This document shows positions 1 through 9,966 of a stretch of DNA of 64,000 nt, piece after piece. Both the position numbers and the translations under genes were made by a program. Each line of letters opens with the position of its first letter. Position 1 is the stretch's first letter. The stretch is taken from assembly GCA_017449065.1 (NCBI GenBank), contig JAFSKF010000049.1, positions 3,630-67,629 of the forward strand, read 5' to 3'. The notes beneath the pieces were generated by a model. It saw only the letters and a list, made by a program, of their open reading frames with translations, was not told where the DNA came from and did not search any database. The stretch is from Bacteroidales bacterium (GTDB lineage Bacteria; Bacteroidota; Bacteroidia; Bacteroidales; UBA3663).

Positions 1-122
1 AAGAGCATTATAAGTACCAGTTGATCAATAGTAGCGTAAAACTGTACCTGAGTTTGTATTCGAAGTTCGTCAAAATGGATAAACCTGCCAAACCAGGTCG
101 TCAGTTGCGTACGCATGCTTAA
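1..122 (+). CDS. 3' end of an unidentified CDS entering from upstream of the window
   Basis: The frame starting at position 3 is open from the window edge to TAA at 120-122 (39 codons, ...FVKMDKPAKPGRQLRTHA*). No recognisable domain; too short to judge. Confidence 0.25.
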   Translation, partial: EHYKYQLINSSVKLYLSLYSKFVKMDKPAKPGRQLRTHA

Positions 123-156
123 TCGGATCAAAGTGGTTTGATAATATTTCAGTGCT

Positions 157-1263
157 ATGAGAATCTTGTTTTTTCAGAATTGTGTAAGTCCTCATCAGAT
201 GCCATATATCGAGGTGTTGGCCCAAAGACACGATGTGGTGGTGGTGGTTCCGTTCATCTCTTATGAGGCACGCGAGATGATGGGTTGGGGAAAGTACGAA
301 ACCACATCTCCAGTCAGAATGATCATTTCGCCAACCGATGAGGAAGTGCAGAATCTTTTTGAGGAGCCTTACGAAGGAAGGACTGTGGCTCTTTTCAGCG
401 GGATTTCTGCCTTCCGCGATGTGAAACCTTGGTTTTTGGTCAGTTTGGATTATGACGTGGAGCGAGGTATCATTACGGAAGCTCCGTTTACCTTCAAGTA
501 CCCGCTTTGGATGCACAGAATCCGTTTTTGGATTCAGGATTACAAGTTCGTCAAATATATCAAGTATGTCTTTGCCATTGGTGCCGGTTGCAAGGAATAT
601 TATCAATCGTTGAGCGATCGGTGGAAAATTGTGCCGTTTGCCTATTGTGTGAGCGACCGGGAACAAGCAGGTGATAAAGTTTTGTTGCCTGTCGATAAGG
701 CAAACTTCTGTTTTGTGGGGTCGTTGGACAAGCGTAAGAATGTGATTGCCTTGCTGAAGGCTTTCGATATTTTTAAGCACAAACACAGGTCAGCAGCAGA
801 ACAATGTCATATTACGATTGTGGGTGACGGTCCGAAACGTCAGATGTTGGAAACATACGTTTCCGATAATGGACTGACCGACCAAATCACATTCTTGGGT
901 ACGTTGTCGATGTCTGCGGCCCGTCAGATCATTGCACAAAGCAATGTGCTGGTATTGCCTTCGCTATACGATGGATGGGGTGCCGTTGTGAACGAGGCTT
1001 TGACCGAAGGAACGATGGTATATTGCAGCTCTGCTTGTGGCGCATCAATGCTTTTGACTGATTCGAGCAGAGGAAGAGTGTTCGGATCGTCCGATTATCA
1101 GGGTTTGGCGAAGTTGTTTTGGAATGATTACGGTTTCTTCTTAGACAAGGACAAGACTGCCCATCGTCGCGAAGCGTTGAAAAAGTGGGCAATCGAAAAT
1201 ATCGGTCCGGAAGCGATGGCTAAGCGAATGGAAGAAGGACTGCGTAGCAGAAAGAAACAATGA
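157..1263 (+). CDS. Glycosyltransferase, GT4-like (GT-B fold)
   Basis: 368-aa ORF. The C-terminal half carries the retaining GT-B pattern ...VLVLPSLYDGWGAVVNEALTEG... (E-x7-E region). Its stop overlaps the next start (ATGA at 1260-1263). Confidence 0.85.
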   Translation: MRILFFQNCVSPHQMPYIEVLAQRHDVVVVVPFISYEAREMMGWGKYETTSPVRMIISPTDEEVQNLFEEPYEGRTVALFSGISAFRDVKPWFLVSLDYDVERGIITEAPFTFKYPLWMHRIRFWIQDYKFVKYIKYVFAIGAGCKEYYQSLSDRWKIVPFAYCVSDREQAGDKVLLPVDKANFCFVGSLDKRKNVIALLKAFDIFKHKHRSAAEQCHITIVGDGPKRQMLETYVSDNGLTDQITFLGTLSMSAARQIIAQSNVLVLPSLYDGWGAVVNEALTEGTMVYCSSACGASMLLTDSSRGRVFGSSDYQGLAKLFWNDYGFFLDKDKTAHRREALKKWAIENIGPEAMAKRMEEGLRSRKKQ

Positions 1264-2378
1264 AAGTATTACAGTTCGTCCCTTCGTTGAATGCGTATGA
1301 CGGAGGAACCGCCACCTATATGCAGCAATTGACGTCATCGTTGGGCAAATTGTCCGAATTGCACGTTTGCGCTTTGACGCCTGTGAAAGATTTTGTCCCA
1401 TTGGAACGATGCACGCCTCATAATATCCCATTGAGTTTAATGCATGTCGGACAAATGAAACGGGCTTGGCTACGTTTGTTGGAAGACATTCAGCCCGATA
1501 TCGTACACGTGAATTGTTGCTGGATGCCGCAGATTGCACTGGTTACCAAATGGGCAGTTCAGTGGCGAAAGGAACAGCAGCGTCCGATGGGAATCGTGTT
1601 GACGCCGCATGGTATGCTGGAGCCTTGGCTGATTCAGCGTAATTATTGGACCAAGAAGTTCCCTGCCATCTGTTTATATCAGCGCAAGGCTGTCGAACGG
1701 TGCGATTTGGTAGTTGCAACAGCAGATGAGGAGAAACAGCATTTGTTGGAACTTGGCTGGAATCAGCGAATTGCTATGGTACAGAATGGCATCGATGTCC
1801 GGCAGATTGTGATGAAGTCGGAATGGAAAGCTCCCCGGAAATTGCTTTTTATGAGCCGGGTTCATCCGAAAAAAGGCCTGGAACTGTTGTTTCAGGCTTT
1901 GGCAAGATTCGAACAATGTCCGTTCCGTCTCGATATCGCTGGAAGCGGGGAAGAGTCCTACATTGAAAAACTGAAACAACTTGTGAAAGAATTGGGTCTG
2001 AAAGATGTTGTCACGTTTTTAGGTCCTGTTTACGGAACTGCGAAATGGGAATTGATTCGTCAGGCAGACGTTGTGGTCTTGCCCACATATTCGGAGAATT
2101 ATGGTCTGATAGTGGCAGAGGCATTGGCGAGCGGGACTCCTGTGCTGACTACGACGGGAACCCCTTGGCAAAGTGTTGAAAAGGAATCCTGCGGATGGTG
2201 GGTGAACCCGACGCCCGAGGAAATTTATTCCGCTCTTGTCGATGTAAGCAACCTCGGGGACACAGAGATGGAGAAGATGGGAAGACGAGCCAGGTTATTA
2301 GCTGAAAATGATTGTGCAATCGATGTAAAAGTTGGTCAGTTATATCAACTTTACTTGTCAATATTGGTAGCAGAATAG
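1260..2378 (+). CDS. Glycosyltransferase family 4
   Basis: 372 aa; ...VVVLPTYSENYGLIVAEALASGTPVLTT... E-x7-E motif. Translationally coupled to the upstream GT. Confidence 0.9.
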   Translation: MKVLQFVPSLNAYDGGTATYMQQLTSSLGKLSELHVCALTPVKDFVPLERCTPHNIPLSLMHVGQMKRAWLRLLEDIQPDIVHVNCCWMPQIALVTKWAVQWRKEQQRPMGIVLTPHGMLEPWLIQRNYWTKKFPAICLYQRKAVERCDLVVATADEEKQHLLELGWNQRIAMVQNGIDVRQIVMKSEWKAPRKLLFMSRVHPKKGLELLFQALARFEQCPFRLDIAGSGEESYIEKLKQLVKELGLKDVVTFLGPVYGTAKWELIRQADVVVLPTYSENYGLIVAEALASGTPVLTTTGTPWQSVEKESCGWWVNPTPEEIYSALVDVSNLGDTEMEKMGRRARLLAENDCAIDVKVGQLYQLYLSILVAE

Positions 2379-2451
2379 TGTTTTTTTCTTAAAAAAACTA
2401 ACTTTTTTTATTTTGAAGTGTTAATCTGTTGATAGATTGCGAAAAAAAAAT

Positions 2452-2459
2452 TACCTTTG
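2452..2459 (+). promoter_or_regulatory. Bacteroidota-type -7 promoter box (TAnnTTTG)
   Basis: TACCTTTG about 90 nt upstream of ATG 2547. Confidence 0.5.
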
Positions 2460-2546
2460 CAAGGTGTATTGGGCTATTTATTCATTAATATAATCCCTAC
2501 TTGCAAATAAGCACGGTGTCCATAATAAGATGGTTCCGTTTTATCT

Positions 2547-4025
2547 ATGAATTATTTTCAAACTAAAGAGATGAAGAGATTTTTGCTTGTATTGATTTTA
2601 TTTATCGTTACATTTCCGGTGCTATTGGCACAGGAAGGAGGTTTTGGTGGATTTGATCAGCAAGCAACTGCCAACCAGAACGATTCGCCAGCTGAAGAGG
2701 AGGAAGGCCCAGAAGCTACGGGAGAACTTTCTACATCGTTAAAGCAAAGAATGTCTTTCACGCGCAGGGAATTGCAGATGATTACCGATCCCCGAATCCG
2801 AGACCTTTATTGGTATGCGCTGAACGATACGACCGATACGAATCGTTATCTGCGCGCTCATTATGCATTTAATAAGATGCGCGATAACTGGGCTTTCGAA
2901 CTTCATGGTGGTATTCATTCGATTATTGTCAACTATATTGACGAACATTTCAGTTTGGGTCCGATTTTCGAGATTGCTTTCAAAAAAGACATTCACCCCT
3001 ATTGGGCAGTACGCGGAGAACTGAGTTGGAGTAAGTATGAAAAGGAATTGTACACATCCCACCTTTCGACGATGGTGACTGATTGGTCAAACTATCCGGG
3101 AAATAATGCTGATTGGTGGATGCCTCTCAAATTCTCGATGCTCGGAGTTCGCGCGGGTGTTATGCTTAATGTCGTCAATCTGTTGGCAGGACGAGAAATG
3201 CTCTATACGCCACTTTCCGGTTATCTTTATGCCGGTGCCGGTTTCCTTTATTCTGCCAAAGATTTCTCTCACCGCGATGGTTCCTGTGTTGTGCCGCAAT
3301 GGTTCTTTGGTATGCAGCCCGGTTGGAACTTTAACCAGCGATATACTTTTGTGGTTGATGCTAACGTTGGTTGGCAGAGTGATGATATTGTCGGTTTGAC
3401 TACACAAAACAGTACTTGGAAGTTTGCGGTCACGATGGGTATTGCCTATAAATTCTCGAAAGTTATCCACTTCCAGCGACTCGGTTTCGATGAGAGTTTC
3501 GTTACCAAGACGGTAGTGGATGCAGACGATGGCGAAGGAGAAGTGATGCAGACTGTTATTGAACAGAACCAGAGTAACAATGTGGTGAATTTGCCGTCCG
3601 ATCTGATTGAGGCTGCGTTCTTCCAGATTGACCGTATCGAGCTCCAGCATACCTACGTATTGAACCTCGGTTTCTATGCTAAGCTGATGAAGGATCACCC
3701 GAATCAGAAGTTCCTCGTGAAGGGTTTTGCCGATATTGAGGTGGGTTCCATGAAGCGTAACGAGTGGTTGAGCCAGCAGCGCGCTAAGGTTGTTGCCGAT
3801 GTGCTTGTGAAAACTTACGGTGTGAATCCGGATCAGTTGGTAGTAGGTGGAGGTGAGCTGGATTATGAGATTCCTTTCCTTCGTGAAAATGGCCACCACC
3901 GTTTCAATCGTTGTACTATTGTTTGTCCGTTGGATCAGGATTACCAGATCATTCGCGAGAATACCTTCGACGATAAGAGTGAGTTGATGGACGGTCGTGT
4001 TGCTCCGACTAAGAAAAATTACTAA
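2547..4025 (+). CDS. OmpA-family outer-membrane / peptidoglycan-associated protein
   Basis: 492 aa with a signal peptide, an acidic low-complexity stretch (SPAEEEEGPEATGE) and a C-terminal OmpA-like domain (...FLVKGFADIEVGSMKRNEWLSQQRAKVVADVL...). Alternative start ATG 2571 (MKRFLL...). Confidence 0.8.
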   Translation: MNYFQTKEMKRFLLVLILFIVTFPVLLAQEGGFGGFDQQATANQNDSPAEEEEGPEATGELSTSLKQRMSFTRRELQMITDPRIRDLYWYALNDTTDTNRYLRAHYAFNKMRDNWAFELHGGIHSIIVNYIDEHFSLGPIFEIAFKKDIHPYWAVRGELSWSKYEKELYTSHLSTMVTDWSNYPGNNADWWMPLKFSMLGVRAGVMLNVVNLLAGREMLYTPLSGYLYAGAGFLYSAKDFSHRDGSCVVPQWFFGMQPGWNFNQRYTFVVDANVGWQSDDIVGLTTQNSTWKFAVTMGIAYKFSKVIHFQRLGFDESFVTKTVVDADDGEGEVMQTVIEQNQSNNVVNLPSDLIEAAFFQIDRIELQHTYVLNLGFYAKLMKDHPNQKFLVKGFADIEVGSMKRNEWLSQQRAKVVADVLVKTYGVNPDQLVVGGGELDYEIPFLRENGHHRFNRCTIVCPLDQDYQIIRENTFDDKSELMDGRVAPTKKNY

Positions 4026-4026
4026 G

Positions 4027-4794
4027 GTGAAAGTTTCGATCGTAACCACATGCTTTAATCGTGAGGCTTCAATCGGCAAAGCGATTCGAAGTGTTATGAG
4101 TCAGACGTATCCGGATATTGAGCACATTGTTATTGATGGTGCTTCTACGGATCGGACACTCGAAGTAATTCGTAACTGCAATTCGTCGAGAATTGCAGTT
4201 TTAGTTTCTGAGAAAGATCATGGTTGCTACGAAGCTTTGAACAAGGGTATCAAGCTTGCTACTGGAGATATTATCTGCTGGTTGCATTCAGATGACTTTT
4301 ACTATTCCGATCAGGTCATTTCCCATGTAGTCAGGAAGTTCGAAGAGACCGGTTGTGATTTCTTGTATGCCGATGGCATGTTTGTGAAGTCCGATAATCT
4401 GGATTTGGTGATTCGTGCTTGGCCTGGTGGTTCCTGTTCAGATAAAAGAATCAGTAATGGCTGGTTGCCTTTACATACTACTTGTTTTGTCAGGCGGGGG
4501 GTTTTCGAACGCTTCGGATACTACGATGAGAAGTATGTGATTTCCGGAGATACTTTCTGGCTTCTTTCCTGTATGTACAGAACCGGCATTCATATTGAGT
4601 ATTTGCCGGAATATGTCGTCAAGATGGGTTATGGGGGGTTATCGACCAGTTGGAGCAAGACATTTAAACACTGGCGGGAAGATCTGGACATTTATAGTCG
4701 TGTGGGGCTTCCTCCCTATCTGACTTTATGTAAGAAAGTGCTCCGGAAGGTACCGCAATTCTTTAAGGCACGATTTTTGAAAACTAACAGCTAA
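4027..4794 (+). CDS. Glycosyltransferase family 2
   Basis: (M)KVSIVTTCFNRE...IVIDGASTDRT...WLHSDD is a canonical GT2 N-terminus. GTG 4027 lies just after the upstream stop (4023-4025). The track ATG 3997 would overlap the upstream gene by 29 nt. Confidence 0.8.
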   Translation: MKVSIVTTCFNREASIGKAIRSVMSQTYPDIEHIVIDGASTDRTLEVIRNCNSSRIAVLVSEKDHGCYEALNKGIKLATGDIICWLHSDDFYYSDQVISHVVRKFEETGCDFLYADGMFVKSDNLDLVIRAWPGGSCSDKRISNGWLPLHTTCFVRRGVFERFGYYDEKYVISGDTFWLLSCMYRTGIHIEYLPEYVVKMGYGGLSTSWSKTFKHWREDLDIYSRVGLPPYLTLCKKVLRKVPQFFKARFLKTNS

Positions 4795-4813
4795 ACATTT
4801 TTTTTATTTTTTT

Positions 4814-4857
4814 ACGCGCGTACATTATTATATAATTACGCGCGCGATTTTTTTGTC
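4814..4857 (+). terminator. Rho-independent terminator
   Basis: CGCGCGTA (4815-4822) pairs with TACGCGCG (4837-4844), followed by a T-run. The stem is alternating CG. Confidence 0.6.
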
Positions 4858-5034
4858 TAATGGCCTGATTTTTCTCAGCAATATGCTCCTGTAATTAAAT
4901 TTTTTGCTGAAATTTATGTGAAAAAGATTTAATTTCTACGTTTATAGCGTTAACGATTCTTTATTTTATCGATTGCGTAGTCGAAAAAACGTTAAAAAAT
5001 ATTACATTTTTGTTCTTTGTATAAATAAAATGTT

Positions 5035-5042
5035 TAACTTTG
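5035..5042 (+). promoter_or_regulatory. Bacteroidota-type -7 promoter box
   Basis: TAACTTTG. It overlaps the track's TTG start at 5040, which argues for ATG 5061 as the real start. Confidence 0.55.
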
Positions 5043-5060
5043 CACCGCAAAATTGAGAAG

Positions 5061-6716
5061 ATGAAAGAAAAACAATTAATACCCGACTTTTTGTTCGAGG
5101 TTAGCTGGGAAGTTTGTAATAAAGTGGGCGGCATTTATGCGGTCCTCTCTACAAAGGCGGCAACCTTGAAGACTCAACTGGGTGACGGACTTGTTTTTGT
5201 GGGTCCTGATATCTGGTTTAATGAGGAATCTCCCTTTTTCGACCCACAAGCATCAACCACTCTTTCCGATTGGGCCAAGTCTGCCAATGCAGATGGCATG
5301 AAGGTGCGCGTTGGTCGTTGGAAGGTGCCTGGAGATCCTCAAGTAGTGTTGGTCGATTTCCGTCCTTTCTTTGCTCAGAAGAACTCCATCTACGGACTGA
5401 TGTGGGAATGGGCTGGTGTTGACTCTATGCATGCTTACGGAGATTACGACGAGGCTTCGATGTTCGCCTATGCTTCCGCGCGTGTAATAGAAAGTATGTA
5501 CAAGCATCTTTGTCCGCAGCGCAGCAAAGTGGTGGCACATTTCAACGAATGGACAACAGGCATGGGTTTGCTTTATTTGCACCATAACCTGCCTTCCATC
5601 GCAACGATGTTTACCACCCATGCCACTTGTGTCGGACGAAGCATTTGCGGCAACGGAAAGCCACTCTATGACTATCTCCCAGGCTACTTTGGCGACCAGA
5701 TGGCGGAAGAGCTGAATATGGCAAGTAAGCATAGTGTGGAAAAGCGTGCGGCTCAGTTGGCCGATTGCTTCACAACGGTCAGCGATATTACTGCCGCAGA
5801 ATGTAATCAGTTGCTGGAGCGTATGCCTTTGGTGACTCCCAATGGTTTCGAGAGCGGATTTGTTCCTTCCGGCATTGCTTTCAATCGAGTCAGAAAGGAA
5901 AGTCGTGCTGCATTCAACCGTGTTGTGGAATGCCTGACCGGGCATAAGCCGTCCGACGAGGCCTTATTTATCGGTACGGCAGGCCGCTGCGAATTCAAGA
6001 ATAAGGGCATTGATGTCTTCCTCGATGCTCTGTCGAGACTTCGTAACCGTGATTTCGGACGCGAGATTGTCGCTTTCATCATGATTCCGGGATGGGTGCA
6101 GGAAGCGCGTGCCGATGTTCGTGAGCGCTATAACAGCAATGCTTCTTTCGCATCATCATTGAGCGATGCTGTGTTCACGCACGCCGTCCATAACTATTTT
6201 GATGATGTGATTCTGCGTCGTATTCATGAACTCGGATTCCACAATTATCCGGATGATCGCGTCAAGGTCGTTTATATCCCATGTTATCTGAACGGTAATG
6301 ACGGATTGTTGAATCGGGATTATTATACGATGTTGAGCGGTTTGGATCTGACCATCTATCCTTCGTATTACGAGCCTTGGGGATACACTCCGATGGAGTC
6401 TTGCGCTTTTGGTGTACCTACCATCACCACCAGTTTGTCAGGCTTTGGCATGTGGTGCAAAGGCATCGGAAAAACAAGACTTCAGGATGGTGTCGGGGTG
6501 GTGCCGCGCACAGATTCCAATTATGAGGAAGTGGTCAATCGCATCTCCGATATGATCATTAACTTCACAGAAATGGGTCCCGGCGACGTGAAGGTAATCC
6601 GTCAGGATGCCCGCAAGATTGCAGCACGTGCTGACTGGAAACATTTTATTAAGTACTACAATCTGGGCTATAATCAGGCACTGATGAAGGTTCAGTCCCG
6701 TCAGAATCTCGAATGA
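5061..6716 (+). CDS. Glycogen synthase, GT3 (Bacteroides/eukaryote-type)
   Basis: N-terminus ...LFEVSWEVCNKVGGIYAVLSTKA... and ...IYPSYYEPWGYTPMESCAFGVPTITT... are typical of GT3 glycogen synthases. A phosphorylase gene is adjacent. Confidence 0.85.
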   Translation: MKEKQLIPDFLFEVSWEVCNKVGGIYAVLSTKAATLKTQLGDGLVFVGPDIWFNEESPFFDPQASTTLSDWAKSANADGMKVRVGRWKVPGDPQVVLVDFRPFFAQKNSIYGLMWEWAGVDSMHAYGDYDEASMFAYASARVIESMYKHLCPQRSKVVAHFNEWTTGMGLLYLHHNLPSIATMFTTHATCVGRSICGNGKPLYDYLPGYFGDQMAEELNMASKHSVEKRAAQLADCFTTVSDITAAECNQLLERMPLVTPNGFESGFVPSGIAFNRVRKESRAAFNRVVECLTGHKPSDEALFIGTAGRCEFKNKGIDVFLDALSRLRNRDFGREIVAFIMIPGWVQEARADVRERYNSNASFASSLSDAVFTHAVHNYFDDVILRRIHELGFHNYPDDRVKVVYIPCYLNGNDGLLNRDYYTMLSGLDLTIYPSYYEPWGYTPMESCAFGVPTITTSLSGFGMWCKGIGKTRLQDGVGVVPRTDSNYEEVVNRISDMIINFTEMGPGDVKVIRQDARKIAARADWKHFIKYYNLGYNQALMKVQSRQNLE

Positions 6717-6786
6717 TTTCTCTAAAGAAGTATTTTACCCATTTGTATTAAGTAAATTCTATTATTCACCCAATAAATTAACTATT

Positions 6787-9342
6787 ATGAAAGTACAGGT
6801 TTGTAACACCAACGCCCCGGCTTGGCGTACTATTACCATTAAGTCCAACCTGCCTGCAGAGCTTGAGGATCTGCTTACGGTAGCACGCAACCTTTGGTGG
6901 TCGTGGGATACCAATGCTCGCGAACTCTGGCGTGAACTCGACATCGAATTGTGGCGTTCTACCGGACATAATCCAGTGGCTATGCTCGAGTCCATGAATC
7001 TCGACAAACTGAATTCCATTGTTGCCGACAAGGAACTGATGGCTAAGGTGAACGATGTTGTCACCCGTTTCAAGGCGTATATGGCAGAACCCAAGGACAC
7101 AAAGCGTCCGTCGGTTGCTTATTTCTGCATGGAGTACGGTTTGACTGCTTGCCTGAAGATCTATTCCGGCGGTCTCGGTATTTTGGCTGGTGACTACGTA
7201 AAGGAGGCATCCGATTCGAATATCGATTTCTGCGCTGTAGGCTTCCTCTATCGCTACGGTTATTTCACACAGACCCTTTCTGCCGATGGCAGCCAGGAGG
7301 CTAACTACGAGGCACAGAACTTCGATCAGCTTCCTATCGAGCAGGTGAAGAATGCCGATGGTACCCACATGGTGCTCGAAGTGCCTTATCACGATAATCT
7401 GATTGTTTATGCTCGCGTATGGCAGGTAAACGTTGGTCGAGTTAAGCTTTACTTGCTCGATACCGACTTCGACAAGAACTCTGAATGGGATCGTAGCATC
7501 ACCCACCAGCTTTATGGTGGCGATTGGGAGAACCGAATCAAGCAGGAGTATCTGTTGGGTATCGGTGGTATCCTGTTGCTGAACAAACTGGGTATTAAGA
7601 AGGATGTTTATCATTGCAACGAGGGCCACGCAGCCCTGATTGCCGCTCAGCGTATGGCCGACCTCATCGAGAAGGAGGGCCTGACCTTCCCACAGGCTTT
7701 GGAGGTTGTTCGCAGCAGCGCTCTCTATACCTGCCACACTCCAGTACCTGCTGGTCACGATTACTTCGAGGAGGGTATCTTCTATAAATATATGAGCCAC
7801 TTTGCTCCAAAGTTGGGCATCGAGTGGGCTGACCTGATGAACCTGGGTCGCGAAACTCCGGGCGAGGGCAAATTCTCAATGTCTGTGTTCGCCTTGAACA
7901 CCTGCCAGGAGGCCAACGGTGTGTCTTGGCTGCATGGCGCTGTGAGCCGCAATATGTTCCAGCCGGTTTGGAAGGGTTATGCACCTGAAGAACTTCATGT
8001 AAGCTATGTTACCAATGGCGTTCACCATCCGACTTGGGCCGCCAGCGAGTGGAAGGCTTTCTACACCAAACTGTTCGGTAAGGACTACTATGCTACTCAG
8101 ACCGATAAGAAGATGTGGGCGAAGGTTTATGAGGCTGATGATGAGGAAATCTGGAACATCCGTAAGGCTTTGAAGAAAAAGCTCTTCGAGTTCATCAAGG
8201 AGGAGGTTGCCAACAACTTGCGTAAGAAGCAGGAGAACCCTGCCAAGATTCTGCAGGCTGTGAACGCTTTGAACCCAGAGGCATTGACCATCGGTTTCGC
8301 CCGTCGTTTTGCCACCTATAAGCGCGCTCACCTGCTCTTCACCGACTTGGAGCGTCTCGATAAGATTGTTAACAACCCGGAGCGTCCTGTTCAGTTCATC
8401 TTTGCCGGTAAGGCTCACCCCGCCGATGGCGGTGGCCAAGGTCTGATTCGTCGTATCGTCGAAATCAGCCGCATGCCACAGTTCGTAGGCAAGGTGGTAT
8501 TCGTCGAGAACTACGATATGGACGTTGCCAAGCGTCTGGTTTCGGGTGTAGATATCTGGATGAATACGCCAACCCGTCCGCTTGAGGCATCTGGTACATC
8601 TGGCGAAAAGGCCATTCAGAATGGTGTCTTGAACCTTTCTGTGCTTGATGGCTGGTGGTATGAAGGTTACAAAGAGGGTGCTGGTTGGGCTCTTACCGAC
8701 AAGCGTACTTTCCAGAATCAGGCTTTGCAGGATCAGCTCGATGCTGAAACTATCTACACGATGCTTGAGACAGAAATCGTTCCTCTCTACTTCTCTCGCA
8801 ACCGCAAGGGCTATTCTTCCGATTGGGTGAAGTGCATCAAGGACTGTCTTGCCAAGATTACTCCCGACTTCACTATGAAGCGTCAGTTGGACGATTACTA
8901 CGATCGTTTCTACACCAAAGAGGGCGCTCGTGCTAAGCGTGTGGCTGCCAACAACTACAAGCTGGCTAAGGAATTGGCCGCTTGGAAGGAGAAAGTGTCT
9001 GAGAACTGGGATAAGGTGGAAGTGAAGAAGGTTGAGCTTCCTAAGGGTCTCTATAACGACATGAACGCTGGCGATTCGTATGTTGCTACGGTTGTGGTCG
9101 ATGGTCATGAAATTGCCGATAGTTTAGGCGTCGATCTGGTGATCGCCAAAGCCGGCGACGGTTCTACCCACGATTACCATAGCTACGAGATGGAGGTAAC
9201 CAAGCGCGAGGGTTCGGTTGTCACCTTCCAGATCAACCACCCTGCTAAATATGCAGGTGCTTATCGTATCGGTTTCCGTATGTTCCCAAAGAACGAGGAA
9301 CTGCCACATCGTATGGACTTCGCCTATACCCGTTGGTTCTAA
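6787..9342 (+). CDS. glgP: Alpha-glucan (glycogen) phosphorylase, GT35
   Basis: 851 aa; ...YSGGLGILAGDYVKEASD..., ...FAGKAHPADGGGQ..., ...RPLEASGTSGEKA... (PLP-lysine region). Confidence 0.9.
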   Translation: MKVQVCNTNAPAWRTITIKSNLPAELEDLLTVARNLWWSWDTNARELWRELDIELWRSTGHNPVAMLESMNLDKLNSIVADKELMAKVNDVVTRFKAYMAEPKDTKRPSVAYFCMEYGLTACLKIYSGGLGILAGDYVKEASDSNIDFCAVGFLYRYGYFTQTLSADGSQEANYEAQNFDQLPIEQVKNADGTHMVLEVPYHDNLIVYARVWQVNVGRVKLYLLDTDFDKNSEWDRSITHQLYGGDWENRIKQEYLLGIGGILLLNKLGIKKDVYHCNEGHAALIAAQRMADLIEKEGLTFPQALEVVRSSALYTCHTPVPAGHDYFEEGIFYKYMSHFAPKLGIEWADLMNLGRETPGEGKFSMSVFALNTCQEANGVSWLHGAVSRNMFQPVWKGYAPEELHVSYVTNGVHHPTWAASEWKAFYTKLFGKDYYATQTDKKMWAKVYEADDEEIWNIRKALKKKLFEFIKEEVANNLRKKQENPAKILQAVNALNPEALTIGFARRFATYKRAHLLFTDLERLDKIVNNPERPVQFIFAGKAHPADGGGQGLIRRIVEISRMPQFVGKVVFVENYDMDVAKRLVSGVDIWMNTPTRPLEASGTSGEKAIQNGVLNLSVLDGWWYEGYKEGAGWALTDKRTFQNQALQDQLDAETIYTMLETEIVPLYFSRNRKGYSSDWVKCIKDCLAKITPDFTMKRQLDDYYDRFYTKEGARAKRVAANNYKLAKELAAWKEKVSENWDKVEVKKVELPKGLYNDMNAGDSYVATVVVDGHEIADSLGVDLVIAKAGDGSTHDYHSYEMEVTKREGSVVTFQINHPAKYAGAYRIGFRMFPKNEELPHRMDFAYTRWF

Positions 9343-9379
9343 TCGGTTTTATCCGAATAGGGAAACCTCATTATTCAAA

Positions 9380-9418
9380 AACCTGCATCAGTTCGTGCAT
9401 AACTGGTGCAGGTTTTTT
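9380..9418 (+). terminator. Rho-independent terminator of the glycogen operon
   Basis: AACCTGCATCAG (9380-9391) pairs with CTGGTGCAGGTT (9403-9414) with one G-U pair, then TTTTTT. Confidence 0.7.
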
Positions 9419-9432
9419 GTTCCTTTTTGCGG

Positions 9433-9498
9433 CATAGTTATAAAAAAATTGCTACATAGTTATGAAAAAAGTTTTTCATAGTTATGCCGCAAAAAACG
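9433..9498. repeat. 3 x 22-bp direct repeat (CATAGTTAT core)
   Basis: CATAGTTAT at 9433, 9455 and 9477. Bracketed by a 13-bp perfect inverted repeat, 9424-9436 and 9483-9495. Confidence 0.85.
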
Positions 9499-9710
9499 AA
9501 AGGTATGTCTATGGTTTGCACTTTTGTCTTTATTCCTAAAAAAGTTGCCACTCCAAAATCTTTGTCCTGAGACGGCCTTTATCTGTATGGATGAATGGAA
9601 ATGTTTCAAATTTTATAACATATTCCTACAAATTTGTATCTTTTTCCGGGAATGTTACTGATTCAAATTTTCATGTAACGAAATAATTTCAGGATTTCGA
9701 TAGAACCATG

Positions 9711-9718
9711 TACCTTTG
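9711..9718 (+). promoter_or_regulatory. Bacteroidota-type -7 promoter box for the xylanase operon
   Basis: TACCTTTG, about 250 nt upstream of ATG 9967. Confidence 0.45.
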
Positions 9719-9966
9719 CAGCGCAAAATATGTGAAGCTCCTTCATTACTCTAATACATGATAGTTAGTTTATTGATTCGGTTAGTTGTTACATTTTGAG
9801 TTAGTAATTTGTTAAGTTAGTAAAGATGGTAAAAAGTCTTTTTCTTTTAGACCGACCGGTGCCTGCCCCTTGATCGAAAGGAGCAGGCATTGCTCGTATC
9901 TTTCAGGTGCGAGTCTTTGCTGATTCAACAAAACATGGAAGCCATACCTTTTATATTATATAGCAT

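Noticed and set aside
5040-5060. Upstream start codons proposed by the ORF track (TTG 5040, ATG 20157, ATG 45587, ATG 37230, ATG 3997)
   Set aside because: At 5040, 20157 and 45587 a TAnnTTTG -7 box lies inside or on top of the extension, so it would not be transcribed. At 37230 the extension precedes a canonical lipoprotein signal peptide. At 3997 the extension overlaps the upstream gene, while GTG 4027 gives the canonical GT2 N-terminus.
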